Below are positions 12,389-26,794 of a stretch of 64,000 nucleotides of DNA, one piece after another. Made by a program: the position numbers and the translations under genes. The number at the start of each line of letters is the position of its first letter. The stretch's first letter is position 1. Source of the stretch: Chara braunii (Eukaryota; Plantae; Charophyceae); contig BFEA01000002.1 of NCBI GenBank assembly GCA_003427395.1, positions 9,973,336-10,037,335 on the forward strand. Reading direction: 5' to 3'. Under the pieces are notes generated by a model. The model was given only the letters and a program-made list of their open reading frames with translations, searched no databases and was not told the origin of the DNA.

Positions 12389-13907
12389 CCCTGGTCTCAG
12401 TTTTGTCAGGCCGGGCGTATTTGCAGAGCTGTAAGAGCATAGCTATTACAGTTATTACCAACCAAAAAAAAGAAGAAGCTAACCATAATATAATATCATT
12501 ACTCCCACAATATATTATTTATAAATTCAAATATGTAGTTTTATTTTTATTACTGAATAAATCCTAGTAAAAAAGCTATCAGTCACAAAAGTAATTTGCA
12601 ATGGGCATATAACAAATGCTTTAGCCGGAAGGAAAGGAAAAAAAGGCGAAGGACACAGAAAAAATGAAGAGAAGACGGGCAGGAAAGATGATGACAGCGC
12701 TGACAAGAAAACCACTAGGGAAAAAAAAAAAGAAAAAAAAAGTCAAAGCATAGGTCCGCGGCTCCTTTGCCACCAAGCAAATCCGATGATCTGGTTTCCC
12801 TTCAAAAAAAAAAAAANAAAAAAAAAAAAGACGTCCTAATATGCTTTAAAAAAAAATAAAAACAAAAAATCCTGCTTACCTTCCACGAAAAAAAAAAGGA
12901 GAAATCACGAGGACTAACGTCTTGCCCCGCCCAGAAGACAACGCAACCTGATCCTGAATGTATACAAGCTATCTTCCCAGTCCGATGCAGTCATTATAAG
13001 GGTGCGATATGTTCGGGGGAAGACGGTAGGCACAAGAAAGACGGCAGCAGCAAGATCATCTCTCTACTTGACGGAAATGAGTTATGAACACAACCGCAAT
13101 TTCGACCACATTCAGCCGCTTTGGATATTACGTATTGTTCCAATACAAAGAAGCGAGGGGAGAGAGAGAGGGAAAGGAAAGAGAAAGAGAGAGAGAGAGA
13201 GCAGCACTCATGACCTCCCTCTGTCTCCACTTTCTCCATCCTCTCCCCATCACTCTCAAGCAAAGCTAACCTGAATTCGGTCCCACGACCTGAGTCAGAG
13301 AGACTATCGAAGTACAGTCGATCACACAAGCCGCAGAAATGCTGACGCACATGCATGCCCACGTGGCCAGATCCCGATCCCAATAGCTACCCACAGATCA
13401 GCCACATCATCGATCCAATCTCCCACTCTCCCTTTCTCCTCCTCTCCCTCTCCCCTTCCTCCCTCCTCTCCCTTTCCTCATCATCACCCCCTTTATCCTC
13501 CCCCAGTCCACTACCTACTTTCTCCAGTCTATCTATGCTCTCTGGATCACATTCCCGCCAACCCATCAATCGTGATTGCTTACGTAGACCAATCAAATCC
13601 AAAAACGGATGAGGAGTTATACTCGTGCGATCAGATCAAACATACCACCTCCCTCTCCCAAATGCCTCCGATCTGATTGCAATCTCTGCAGCATACATGG
13701 ACAGCAACGAGGACATAGTCGATGGAAGAACGTGGGGGAGAAGGACGAGGAGGGGGAGGAGGAGAGGGAGGAGGAGAGGGAGGAGGAGAAGGAAAAGAGG
13801 GTGAGATCAAAGTCTCGACGAGAACGTGTGGCCAGGATAAGGTGGGAATCACGATGGGAGAAGATGCTCACCAACAAATTGAAAACCAAAACTAAAAAAA
13901 AAAAAAA

Positions 13908-14105
13908 ATGGACTCCAGAGGATTCGATCCCACGACCTTTCGTCTGACTGACTGGCCATCAGTCCCGAGTTCCAAGCCACACACAGAGCGAGCTACAGAA
14001 CACCAACAAATAAACACGAGCACATATTACTATATATATGTGTGTTCTTACCTTCCTACTTTGGACAGTAATTGGTCGAGGAGGGTTCGATCCCACGACC
14101 TTTCT
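13908..14105 (-). repeat. Two tRNA 3'-arm (B-box) like remnants, probably SINE heads
   Basis: ggattcgatcccacgaccttt (~13920) and gggttcgatcccacgaccttt (~14083); reverse complement resembles a T-arm; no full cloverleaf. Confidence 0.4.
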
Positions 14106-14195
14106 GCATCGTCCGCACCCCCTATTCCTCCCTCCCATCCTTCCACTCCCACAGGAAGGCGTCGTCCCCTCCCCTTCTCGAGCCCCTCGCCCCCA

Positions 14196-14547
14196 NNNNN
14201 NNNNNNNNNNNNNNNNNNNNNNNNNNNNNNNNNNNNNNNNNNNNNNNNNNNNNNNNNNNNNNNNNNNNNNNNNNNNNNNNNNNNNNNNNNNNNNNNNNNN
14301 NNNNNNNNNNNNNNNNNNNNNNNNNNNNNNNNNNNNNNNNNNNNNNNNNNNNNNNNNNNNNNNNNNNNNNNNNNNNNNNNNNNNNNNNNNNNNNNNNNNN
14401 NNNNNNNNNNNNNNNNNNNNNNNNNNNNNNNNNNNNNNNNNNNNNNNNNNNNNNNNNNNNNNNNNNNNNNNNNNNNNNNNNNNNNNNNNNNNNNNNNNNN
14501 NNNNNNNNNNNNNNNNNNNNNNNNNNNNNNNNNNNNNNNNNNNNNNN
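14196..14547. other. Assembly gap (N run)
   Basis: Run of N. Confidence 1.
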
Positions 14548-14594
<47 letters not shown>

Positions 14595-15832
14595 GCACAC
14601 ACACACACACACACAGAGGGAAACAAACAAGGCCGTGATACACACCTTCGTGAAGATGGAGTAGGGAAACTGACGATGAACAGCAAGCCGGAAAGGGAGA
14701 GAGGTCGACCCCGCTCCCGCCAAATGGAAGGCGCGGGAAAGTCCCTCCTCCCGCCTTCGCATGGAGCTTACATCCGCGGTATTTGCCAAGATGGCCCCCA
14801 ACGAGCAGCTGGTGCGACAGCAACGAGAGATCGGGGTCGGACGAGACCAGACAAGTCGGGATGGCCACTGGTCCAACCAAGACCAATCCGACGCCCTCCT
14901 AGACCGACAAGCTCTTCAGTCTTCGACGCCACGTGTCGTTTTCTGCTCTCTTTGGCGGAGCACCGCGATGGTATCTCACACTGCTCTTCCCACGTCCGTC
15001 CCTTCCTTCCCTCCTTTCTCCCCTCGTTCCCTGCCTACCTCCAAACCTTTCCACGTCCCTCTCTTCTCCCATCACATGCCCTCAACCCTTTTCTCCGCCC
15101 TCCTTTTCCACAGAATAAGCATCACACCCCTCCTCTGCCACCCAAATCTCTTTGCCCACAAGGCGAGCGAGAGTGTGCCTGCTCCTCCCTCAGACTACGG
15201 ATGCCCCTGCTCAACTGACAAGGTGCCATAGCTACAATCCAACTCGTAGCACTCGACCTCAGTTTACTACAGATTTTTCTTACGAGGGCAGTCGACCCTG
15301 GGCCCGGGGTTGGGGGTGGAGGAAGGGGAAGAGGGAGGGGGAGGACGGAGGGGGCCGAGAAGACCCCCGTCCCCGTATCCCTCATTTGACCCAGGACCCA
15401 AACCTACGTTCCAGGAGCAATTGCAGGTCCAGTTTCAGGACCAGAACGCTCCTCCCTCCCACCTGCTGGACAACGCAATTGGTGGACACGTCAATGCCGA
15501 TGCCGAGCCATCCTTTGACTCGAATAAGGGCATATTCGGACGATATTTCTGAACGAATGTGGCTGTAAACGAGGTCAGATACCTTACAACAGCAGTGATG
15601 GCGAGCCGCAACCTTGATGTCAGTGCACACCAATCCCGCAGCACCTCCCTTACCGGCGCCGCGTATGGGAAAAGGGAAAAGATTGGGAAAATAATAATTC
15701 CAGGCAGCAAAGGGAAACTCGACAGCAGCTACATTTCTCTGTGACGAAAAGGGGGGGGGACGGGGAAAATGCCGGGCCCCACTGACCTATGTTGTATGAC
15801 CTATATTTCTATCTGTAGTCTATTACTACTGT

Positions 15833-15925
15833 CTTCTCCCGAATACAACGCACGGTCATTATCGCTGTATTTGGGGCAACTTCGAGTCTAGATACAGCAA
15901 TAATCGCCGTAAGTTGTATTGGGTC
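15833..15925. mobile_element. ~100-bp palindromic MITE-like element, family A, copy 3
   Basis: cccgaatacaacgcacggtcattatcgctgtattt ... agatacagcaataatcgccgtaagttgtattggg. Confidence 0.65.
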
Positions 15926-17119
15926 ACATGAACAAGGGCCCATTTCCGACTAGGTTCATCTCATGCTCGGCTTGGGAGTGGTCAGTTCGGCCTACACACA
16001 AGACCCCAAACAATTGGTCCACCGTCAAGCTCTGCACCAGGATCAAAGGGCTCTGCACCAGGATCAAAAAATGTTATGCACCAGGACCAGAGTTGTGGAC
16101 CAGGAACAGATCTTCACACCTGCCTTGGACCTCCTGGACAGTCGACGACAGTTGTGCTAATGGAGAAAGGGGAACGGTGGGCCCAGTGTCTAGATGCACC
16201 AGAGTTCCACTGCCTTGGCCCTATCCAGCGGCAAACTTCGGTTCCAGGATCTTCCCCCATTTCCCCTCTCTTGGAGGATGTTCACACCATCTTCGCGAGG
16301 AGGCCTCTAGCACATGTTTTGTTCAAAACAAAAGAAGACAGCCCCAATTTTCTTTTCTTTACTTTTTCCCAATTGTCCTAAGGTCAATCAAATGGAGCTA
16401 AGAACTTTGACCGACCATGGACCACAGGTTTGCTCCTGGATTAGCCTAAGGTGCTCGGAAAGAAGTCTCATCCCTGCATCTGGACCATTGCCAACACGGT
16501 GCTTGACCATTGTCCAAGCAGATCCAATGGCACCATGTGCACCTTGGTTTGAGGACAATCACCCCCAAACCACCAGTACGTTCGAGCCTGTTTTTCTTGA
16601 TGTCAATTTTTGTCACATGTGAAGCTTTGTTGAACCAGCATGTCCAAAATTAATTCATTTGGCTGTCCCTACCATCCTTTCCGATTCCGTATGTCAACCC
16701 TCGTAAGGTGGCCGAGCATTATACCACCAATATCCTCAACGACCAAAAAATGACACTCGTGAGTGCACTATGGAAGGGGGGGGGCGGGGGGGGTACGAGC
16801 TTTTGGGGTGTTTATGCACTCACCTACAATTTGCACTCACCTAGTTTGATGATGTTTTGCACAAACACAATTGCACCATTTTTTAATTTGCATGAAAAAT
16901 AAGAAATAACATTAAACCCGTAACTTTTCTCATAATCATTTCTACCTCCCACAAAAAAAAAAGAATAAAATATTGTAATGTAGATAAATAAACTATGATG
17001 AGAAGCTTAATTTTTTCGCTTCTAGTTGCTACTAATAGGCCCAATTGTTCTTCAAACTATGATGGTTTAACATTTGTGATCAGATAAAATGGTTATAAAA
17101 ACTATGGTGGTTTAAAACC

Positions 17120-18400
17120 TAAGCTACCAGAGTGGCCTAGGACCACTTGCCCTGTCGGGCCAAAAAAACTATTTTTAATTTTATTTTTAATTTTAAAATT
17201 GGTAAAAATTTTCAACCTGACCCCAAGACAAACGTTGTTCAATTTATTTTTCTCCATAACATAAAAAACAATTCAAACTTTTGAGATTTTTTGTTTATAT
17301 ATTTTGGTTGAGACCTTTTGTGGTCCTTGCATGGTCGGGCAGCCTGGGAAAACAAGGTTATCGTCTGGTACAATAGCTAACTACTGTAAGTATTACCTAT
17401 GTTTACTCTTGTTGATGTCTTGACAAGAAGGATACATCATCCGAACACATACTCAAATAATCTTAAGGTCAAATTAAAAAAAAAAAAAAAAATTATAGAT
17501 CTTATTAATATAAATAACTTTTGTATCAGGATTATCTTTAGATTCTTACAAAATCATGAAGTATCTATGTTACCAAAGTGGCCCTGGACCACTTGCCCAA
17601 CGGGGCTAAAAATGATTTATTTATTTTTTTAATATTGATGTAACTCTGAGGTAAAAGTTGCTCAATTTATATTTTTGTACAATATACGAGACTACGAGTG
17701 GCCGAGGACCACTTGCTCGGCCGGGCCAAAAAAATATAAAAATATAAAAATATAAAAATATAATTTGTTTATTTACTAGGCTGCCAGAGTGGTCCGGGAT
17801 CACTTGCCCGCCCGGACAAAAACAAAAGGGGGAAAACATGTCTCTGACGAACAGTTTGTTACAACTCCTCGTTTGTTGTCTTCTTCTCCCTCTCTGCCTA
17901 CGGTTTATATATATTATGTATATAGATTTTAAATTATTTTTTATTTTAAATTTAGTAAAAAATATTAATGTGACTTTGGGGCAAGAATTGTTTTGTTTCT
18001 TTTTCTACATAACATAGTTTTTTTCTGATTTTTTTTTTTTTTTGCCGGAACCTTCCCTGGCCTCTGCACGGCTGGGCTACTCAGGAAAACCGGATGGCCT
18101 GGGCGGCCCGACTGGCAGCTTAGTTTATTTATTAATTTTTATTTTTGTTTCAAAGCAGGCAAAAAAAAAATGATGTGTCCGTGAAACAAAAGTTGCTTAC
18201 TTTATATTTTTTGCATAACATAGTTTTTTTTGTATTTTTTTTTGTATTTTTTCTTTTTTTACTTTTCATGGTCTTTGCATGGTAGGGCAGCCCAGGAAAA
18301 CAAGATGGCCCGGATGGCTCGGCGACTATAATAATTTTTTTTTACAAAAACCCTGCCCAATTAGACAACCTGGCCATCTTAAGTGACCTCGACGACATGG
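17120..18400. repeat. Modular AT-rich repeat family (left cluster)
   Basis: Repeated modules agagtggcc...gaccacttgccc, ggtccttgcatggtcgggcagcc.ggaaaaca and tgtgac..tgagg.aaaagttg..caatttat; same family at 57900-59720. Confidence 0.85.
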
Positions 18401-19716
18401 TTGGTAAAACACTTAAGAAAAAAAAAAAATCAGAGAAAAAAAAAAGATCAAAGTAACCACAATAGACCCTTTGAAACCATACTTACTAGCTACAAACCCC
18501 TCAACTTCCCTTGACCCTTTGACGTGTTCTACAAAAGTAAGCTTGGATTTGCGAATCATTTTGCTTGCACAACAGTTCAAAATTAAAACGTTGAAGAAAA
18601 TAAGTTATTTAGAATCCCGGACTTGATTTCAAAAGTAAGTTCAGATTTGTAATTTATTTTGCATAAGCAAAATTTTTTAATTAAAAAAAAAAATAGGGGA
18701 GTGGTGGTGAGTTATTCGAATCCCGGACAAATAAGGCCGATGTGACTGAATCTCGAATAGTCCTAGCTACTGTTCTAATTAGTCAATCACTTAACTTTAT
18801 AAATCGGTTGGTATACAAGGGATTGTCGGTACCACTATCTTTCACAATATGTATAAGCATGAGCATCAGTAACGATTGACGATAATCATAAACCTTAACC
18901 TTGATTTTTGTAGTTGTTGGGCTGATTATACCAGCTAGCCCACCCGGGTCACCTTGTTAACAGGGGGACCATTCGTGCAAGGATCAAGAAAGTTAAAAAA
19001 AAAAAAAAAACCCTTTGCTTTTCAAAAAAAAAAAACTGAACAACTTGTGTTTTATAATCGCCTTGAAATTATTTGCCAAAGTTTTTTATTTTTATTTTTT
19101 AAATGCCTGGTCGGCCATATGAGTTCAAAGAACCGCAAAGCAGTCGCAAAGCAGTCAACAGCACACCGGGCACGAGGCCATACAAGCTGTATGAAGTCAA
19201 AGCAACGTCATCGAAAAAACAACACACGTTAACACGTGGATGTTAACAGTGGTTTCGTGAAGGCTCAATGATGCGTAGTGGCCGACTCCACCTGACGTCA
19301 AGATACGTCCAAATTCCCCCGGCTAAGTGTCGTCGTAGAGGACCCTAACCTCCGACTGACTATTCGCTATCGAGGTCAAGCCGACGTCGCATAGCAGAAG
19401 GGATCCGACAATTCCCCGTATCCTATTTAACCACAAATGCGTAGACTCAGCAAACAAAGTGCCAAAAACGGCCCGGAACATAGGCTGGACACCGCGAGTG
19501 CACGGGTTGGACCCCAAAAAAACTTGTCCGGCCCATGCGTCCAAAGGTTCGGATGGCAAACTCAGCAACTCACACCACTAGTGCTCATCGTACCTTACCT
19601 ACAAAGGGCCTTCCCTGGTACCCATAACCTATGACCCAAGAAGTACTGGTCCGAAAACAAACCAAGCGTGCCAAAACGTAAATCAGGAGGGCCTTCCCTG
19701 GTGACACTATCAAAGC

Positions 19717-21512
19717 TCATTCAACAACAAACAAACAACAAGCCAACAACAAACAGGCCACAAACAAACAACATTCTCTATCAACGCACTCACGTAATCG
19801 GTCCGAGAACATCTGGGAGAAGAGTTTCCAGATGGAAGATCTCCCCCGACTGTAGTTTCGCAACGCCTTTCCGAACCAAGATTGCAGGTAATCGTTCTTG
19901 CGTAACTCCGATCGAAACAAGATCAGAGTTTCAAGTAAATTCAATTCCCTGCAAGAATTCTGGTCAATTCTATGCAAGGTACTTATGATCACCGCCAACT
20001 TCGTCTGTTTGTTCAAAAAAGAGTGGTAATCCTGAATAGTTCGAAACGGAAGGTCACCGCCTTCCGGTAGCTGCCGCTCGTCTGACTAATACTCACAAAG
20101 GGAAAATCATTCCTGATGGACAACTTACACCCAAGAAAATTCAACTCTCCTCCCCTTCATCTGTCTGCTTCAAGGTTAAAGCCTTATCGTAATGCCCCTT
20201 AAAGCGTTCGATTAATTGCTCTGCTCTCTGCCTGTCCCCTTTCCTCCGTGTATTGAAGACCGCAAAAACCATCAAATCATCCACAAATCTTAGTCCTGCA
20301 AAACATCGTTTCTGGCTACCGAGTGAAATGAGAAAGTCCCATTCACTTTTCGCACACATCAGGCAAGCCAACGCGGGGCTAGAACTTTTCCCCATTGGTA
20401 TGCCAATCACTTGTTGTATCAAAATCCCACACACTCTGGTGAAACAAAATTCCAACTCAAAATTCACAAAAGAAATCAAATATTCAAAGGAAACGAAGGT
20501 GAAACCCTCAACATGCTGACAATGGCTTAATCGGGTTCCTCTCCCTCTCTTCTTGACAAAAACTCCTTCGTAACCTTTTTGTGAGAATCAGCATATCACC
20601 CATTCAACCGCCCGTTTGATTGTCGTATGGGGCAATCAACTAAACATGTCCTTAATGTCGAAAGAGGTTCCTGGTACTCTAACGTTCTGCCTACTTCTTC
20701 AAAGTCGACTGTTGATACTGCGAAGTTTCTCCTTTAAGCTAGAGATCGATCTCAGGTTCAAATGTCCCGGCTCAGGTAGAGAAAACAACAGACAATTAAT
20801 GCTTTTAGTTACCGTCTTACAGACTTTCACCGACGGTTCCTTAAAGGTTGGACTAATGGGCCGAAACCTACCTGTGTCTTTATGCTTCGGTACTGCGTAC
20901 GCACATCCAATCCTTCCCTCCTTATCCCAATTTCTCTGACTTGACAATCCCCGCCGTTCATACTCAATCACAGCAGTTGCCAGTAACTCATCCTCGGTAT
21001 CCGCACACACCCTGTAACCTTCATTCACCAGAAAGGTATCCTTCATGCCCTTATCATACAGGAGAGGGCATAGTACAATGATATACCCCGGGTTTCGGTC
21101 CAGAGGTGTCAGTACAAGTCAATCCAACCTATCCCGGAGCTCCAAAATCTGCTCAATGCTACCGTCAATACTCTGACCAGTGAGTGAAACAAAACATTCT
21201 TTGATTTCCTCTGTCGATAATTTCGTGACTACAGTCGTCAGTTTCGATGAAGCACTCCAGATGTGAAAGACTTCAGTGAGTTCCGATACAAGCACCGAGT
21301 CCCTACGACTGTCCTCGAATCTCGGAACATTCTTCACGTTACGAGCTAACGACGGAACACCATCGATCTCGCTGATCCGGAAATGCACGTGTCCTTCTTT
21401 TTTTGAAAAGGGCATACCAGCACAAGGACATCTGGTCGCACGTGCCGACGCAAATCGTCGGTGGTTATGGAGGAAGTCGCCCACGTTGGGTCCTCTTCTC
21501 CACATAACCCGT
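19717..21512 (-). pseudogene. Penelope-like element ORF, C-terminal part: CxC linker, RT, thumb
   Basis: RCPCAG..GHVH; LVLTPLDRNPG; YAVPKHKDTGRFRPISP; SFDIKDMF; QQVIGIPMGKSSSPALACL; LRFVDDL; thumb KLAVIISTLHRI...ELRKNDY; several stops and frameshifts. Confidence 0.9.
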
Positions 21513-22780
21513 TGTCGCGCACGGTGGTCCCACACCCATACGCAGAGTAGTTTTTTGGTGTCGGACCTCACGGTCGTGTCACGCAGGAGTTTCTTGGTTA
21601 CTTCACGAAATACCAACTCCGACCGTGCGCGCGTGCTATACCTCTCGCGACTCCCTACGACAGGTTAGGGAACCTTCGAGGTACAACATTACCTCCACCT
21701 GCGGGAGTTGTCACCACCCCTTAGGTGGGCGTATCCCTGCTGAGCTACTGACCCGCATACGAAGGCTTTTACATGCAATCGCAGAGGTAGGCCAGCCGAG
21801 GGCGTTTTCTCGATCGCCATAGCATAGGCATACGCGCGGTAGAACGCCTTAAGACTGACCCGTATGTCGAACCCCAATATGCTAACTCTCCGGACCGACT
21901 ATCTAATCAGATCGACTTCTCGGACAGTCTTCCACGCTTAGCTAGCTTAAGACAATGATTCTATGTTTTCTTTGTTGACCTTATAAAAATGTCAGAGTCA
22001 AGCCTTTAGTAATCTCTCATTCTTCTCAAAAGAAGTCCCAGACAAAATGACTTCCTAGGTACCGACCAGCCTACGATCCCGTTCACAAGTATATATAGAT
22101 ATATGTAAGTATGTAAATCAGGGGAGCTGACTGAGCGGTGGACCTCACTTTCACGATTGTCATGTCCCTTTGCCCGAATTTCCAAAAGATCCCAAACTCA
22201 GGAGACAATACAAATATCCAACACCTGTGCAGATGCAGGAAAACACATACACNCATACAAATGCAGACACAGAATGCGCTATGAGTGTCAACCTTTAACC
22301 CACTCACAACATGCCACTAACGCCCCAANCCCTTGAAAACAACATTCCTTCCTAATCGTGACTCCATTTTATCCCAGCCCTACACATTTTGAAGTCTCCT
22401 GAGTGTGATTTGGACAATTTAGGCATAGATATAAGGGGAAGATTTATATGTTCCCTTCTTAGGTCTTGTCTTAGGTGTGGGTGTCAAGCCATAGGAGGAA
22501 GTTGAGTCGGAGTTCAACCGACCTGTTATCCAGAGATAACAAAATTGTGGTTCTTACGGATCTCCCCGTAAGTTCTCTGAAGTGTCGAAACCTGTAGACA
22601 CAACACAATCCAAAAGAAACTTAACATCTCTCTTCCTAATTGAGATCTAGAAAGTCTCTTCTAGACTCCGTGTCTTTTGTCTGACTTCTATCCTTAACTG
22701 AATGTTTGGGCCGTTGCCCTTTCGCTTCAGGTAGTGAATAACAGTTCACTTCCTTTTTACTGTCACGACAATTCTCCATA

Positions 22781-23052
22781 CTCCCTTTTTCACTATCTCA
22801 TTCTTATCCCTTTTGGGATTATCCTATCTGAGGTCCCTTTCCTTCTCCCAACACACATGATCACATCATCCCTTTTTCACTATCTCATTCTTATCCCTTT
22901 TGGGATTATCCTATCTGAGGTCCCTTTCCTTCTCCCAACACACATGATCACATCATCNACATCATCCCTTTTTCACTATCTCATTCTTATCCCTTTTGGG
23001 ATTATCCTATCTGAGGTCCCTTTCCTTCTCCCAACACACATGATCACATCAT
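22781..23052. repeat. ~86-bp unit x3, present only in the 3' LTR
   Basis: tccctttttcactatctcattcttatcccttttggg... three times; absent at ~45758 of the 5' LTR. Confidence 0.85.
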
Positions 23053-23329
23053 CAATCCAACTTGTGGAAAGAATCTCATGGAAAGGAATCAGATGAACGG
23101 ATAGTCTTTCTCTGAGGCAAGATCTCACTTATCCCCGTTTAGTAGAATCAGAAATAGTTAGTTAGAACTGAATAATGCAGATTGTGGGGAAAGTTAGCAG
23201 TGGTATGGCAGACCATTCAGGACATATCCATCCTGTTACAGGAGCTTTGTTGGACAAAGGCAACTTAGTGGGCCTTGGCCCCTGTGTGCCAAGCACATTT
23301 TAGCGGTAGGCTTATCCCATGGCTAGTCA

Positions 23330-23960
23330 CTGATAAGGCAGGTATCCCTGAAACCTCACAACTTCTTATATCGGACTAGTCACTGATAAGACAGGATTCC
23401 CCTGCTATTTTTATCACTGAGTAACCCTCAATAAGGCGGGCACCCAAGGATCCTTACTACTCTTATCGCTAACTAAGCCCTAGGATGTTCATTGATAAGG
23501 CAGGTGTCCTTGAAACCTCACAATTTCTTATATCGGACTAGTCGGTGATAAGACAGGATTCTCCTGTTACTCTTATCACTGGCTAACCCTCAATAAGGTG
23601 AGTGTCCAAGGATCCTTACTACTCTTATCACTGACTAGAATGTTAGGTTTAATCAGTGATAAGGCAGGCGTCCTTGAAACCTCACAACTTCTTATATCGG
23701 ACTAGTCACTGATAAGACAAGATTCCCCTGTTACTCTTATCACAAGCTAACCCTTAATAAGGTGAGTTTTCAAGGATCCTTACTACTCTTATCACTGACT
23801 AGAATGTTAAGTTGGTTAATGATAAGGCAAGTGTCCTTGAAACCTCACAACTCTTATATCAGACTAGTCATTGATAAGACAGGATTCCCCTGCTACTCTT
23901 ATAAGTGGCTATCCCTCAATGAGGCGGGTGTCCAAGGGTCCCTGCACTTACCACTGACCA
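23330..23960. repeat. Higher-order tandem array in the 3' LTR (4 x ~163 bp, three sub-units each)
   Basis: gataaggca units start at 23332, 23494, 23658, 23821. Confidence 0.9.
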
Positions 23961-24743
23961 AGCGTAAGGCTCATTTGGAGTTAAGGCAGAATTTTCCCTG
24001 CTATTCTTACCCCACACAAGTTTTATCTGCGGCTCAAGTCATTGCTTTCGATGACATTCGAGCCTAGAATCGTTGTTTAGTTTGAAGACTTATTGCTGGA
24101 TCAAATGTATAATGAGCAAGATGATCGGCGTGATCTATGATAGTTGACTATGGCAACTCACAACAAGGTACCCATTCATCTGTTTGGATGGGATATAGAA
24201 AAGATGATCGCGAGAGGTCTGATAGTTTGTATCCATACCTCCAATCAGCGCCCACAGCAAGATTGTTGTATCTAGAAGCAATCAGTTTCACACTCAGCCA
24301 AACTTTTATCTATCCAAGACCTGAAGAGTCATTGATTTCGAATCCCTAACCCTTATGATCATTATTACGATGATTGCCTGTATGAGACAGCATCTGAGTC
24401 GAAGTAACGTACCTCGTCGTTCCCTGCCTCCAGAGTTCCGCCTGAACTCCGGCAGAGCTCCCGCAATCGCCCTGTTACATTGATCAATTGAGGAATGAGA
24501 GTCCTTTGTGCATGAATACTAATCTCAGTAAGCCATCGGAAAATACTATGTCTACTCATGTTGCCTGAAGATGGTTGTGTGCTTATGTAGGGTTTAGGCA
24601 TAGAAAAGTGAAGGAGGATAAAGGATGTAAGAGTCATCATACCTGTTGGCGCCCCTCCTTCGCTCCGTTGCCTCGCACCCCTGTCCGATTCTGATTCATA
24701 TCCTAGCATGTGACCTCGAATGATATAAATAATAATTATAATG

Positions 24744-24790
<47 letters not shown>

Positions 24791-24827
24791 GACAATAATA
24801 ATAATAATAAATATAAACATAATAAAC

Positions 24828-24869
<42 letters not shown>

Positions 24870-26657
24870 GTAATAAATAACAAGGAACATGAGAGCGAAA
24901 TGATATCCAAACCCGGACTGTGAGATCGCATAGGTGTCTGAGCATGTATATATCAGTAGCAAACATCATGATACTGAGCCTTCATCCAAACTGAGCAATA
25001 TAATAGAGTAATGAGCCAATGCTCAAGACCTAAGGCCTATACCAACTCACTTATTCATGGTCGCTCTTCTATGTCTGGCGCCCAATGCCTAATTTATACA
25101 TCTTGCCTACCCTCTTATACTTGCACTCACGCAACAGGCCTACTGTGATAGTGAAGTCCCATCTATAAGATGTCACTATTAGGGCAGACTGCAATTGTAT
25201 GCCGGTACGCTCTCTCCTCCTTCTTTTCTCTATTTTCTCTCTCTTGGACCGTCTCACTCTTGGCGCGTACGTAACTTTCTCTGCGTATTGCCGCGTCCGT
25301 CACGACTGTGTCTCTTTGCGTATGTCACAGTCTGTGTCCCATGTAGGCGTGACCATGGCGAATCTGTGGTGCAATGCCATGCGGTCAGCGGCACCGGACC
25401 AACCAGCCCCAGTCCATCCCAGCAAGTACTCTCTGGGACCGTGTATACCGCGGCCAGGGAATCAGGACAGACTAATGAGTCGCAAAAGTATAAACCTATG
25501 CACAACCATTCACTCATTCTTGCGAAGCCATTAGGAAGTGCTGCTACAGTGCCTTAGGCAACAGTGCTCAGCGGATGCCCAGAGTGTTCAGTGGCATGCG
25601 TGTTGTATGAGCGTACAACATCACGCGTGAGACGTCCAGGATGGTCCAGTGTATGTGCATAGTGTGATGTTGGGCGCCGTGTCGCTACAACCATTGAAAG
25701 TGAACTCTTGTCTGGCTGCCATATTCATGAGCATTGTGTGGGCGTACATTGCCGGTTTGTTGTGCTGCCATTTGTATGCATGAAAAGTGTCGACGGGCGA
25801 GCTTGATAATATAATAATAATAATAATAAATAATAATAATAAATAATAATAATAATAGTTGTAGTAAAGAAAATGCAAAGGTCATGAATGCGGACGAAGC
25901 CCAGTAATCTGAATCACAGCATCATAATGCAGTCCAAGTAGTCAAAGCCAGAGTAGTCATCACAAGGGAACCGAGTAAACATCCACTTGAGAACGAAACA
26001 ACAGAATTTGGAGTCGATGCCCAAGCCCATTCGGGCAGTACCAATAGCGTGACCCATCATAACTCTTTTTCCGGAATGGCGCCCGATGCCCTCATCTACT
26101 CTTCAATCCAATATTACAGCTACAACAGGGAAGCGCCCTTCACCTCCGAAGATCCATCTTTGTCCTTCACTCCACTGCACCCTCATGCGGCCCGGCTATG
26201 GCCTCCAGGGTTCCTTTGTGTAGGCAGCGCCCTACAACTTAGTGCTAGTCTGCCTCATCCCAGCGCAGCGCAGCCATGCATAGCACAGCAGCTTGCCTTT
26301 GCTCAGCGTGCCAGCAATGCCCGCATTGGCCACGACCCCTGCCCACTCGCATTCTCTGCCTATATGCCAATGCTGCGTGTGGGTGGCCTGTCCTGTCCTG
26401 CGCCCAGGGCTCAATCAACTGAGGCACCTGGGCTCGACTGACTCTAGCAGGAGTCTGGGTTCCACGATGCAATCCAACCAACCGGCGTGCTGCGACCGTC
26501 GGATACCCATTCTAAAAAAAACCGTTCGCGGGTATTCTGACCAGCCTCTCTCAGGGCGGTCACATGTCTGGCCCGCCTTCACTTAGGGCGGGCACGAGGC
26601 CGGCGGCGTTGCTGTATATACATATGAAAGCGTGGATGAGACGAGTCTGATTTGCTC

Positions 26658-26794
<137 letters not shown>

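Noticed and set aside
13908-15218. 436-aa ORF and overlapping ORFs
   Set aside because: Open only because of the N gap and (CA)n; no recognisable domain.
23330-23365. Hammerhead-like CTGATAA...GAAAC in the LTR array
   Set aside because: The core should be CUGANGA, the conserved G is missing, and stem II does not pair convincingly.
23330-23960. CRISPR-like repeat-spacer array
   Set aside because: The intervening sequences recur every third sub-unit instead of being unique; the context is a eukaryotic LTR with no cas genes.
24365-24969. Poly-I/Y/L ORFs, and similar ones at 26.6, 47.0, 49.4 and 52.2 kb
   Set aside because: Translations of (AAT)n microsatellites.
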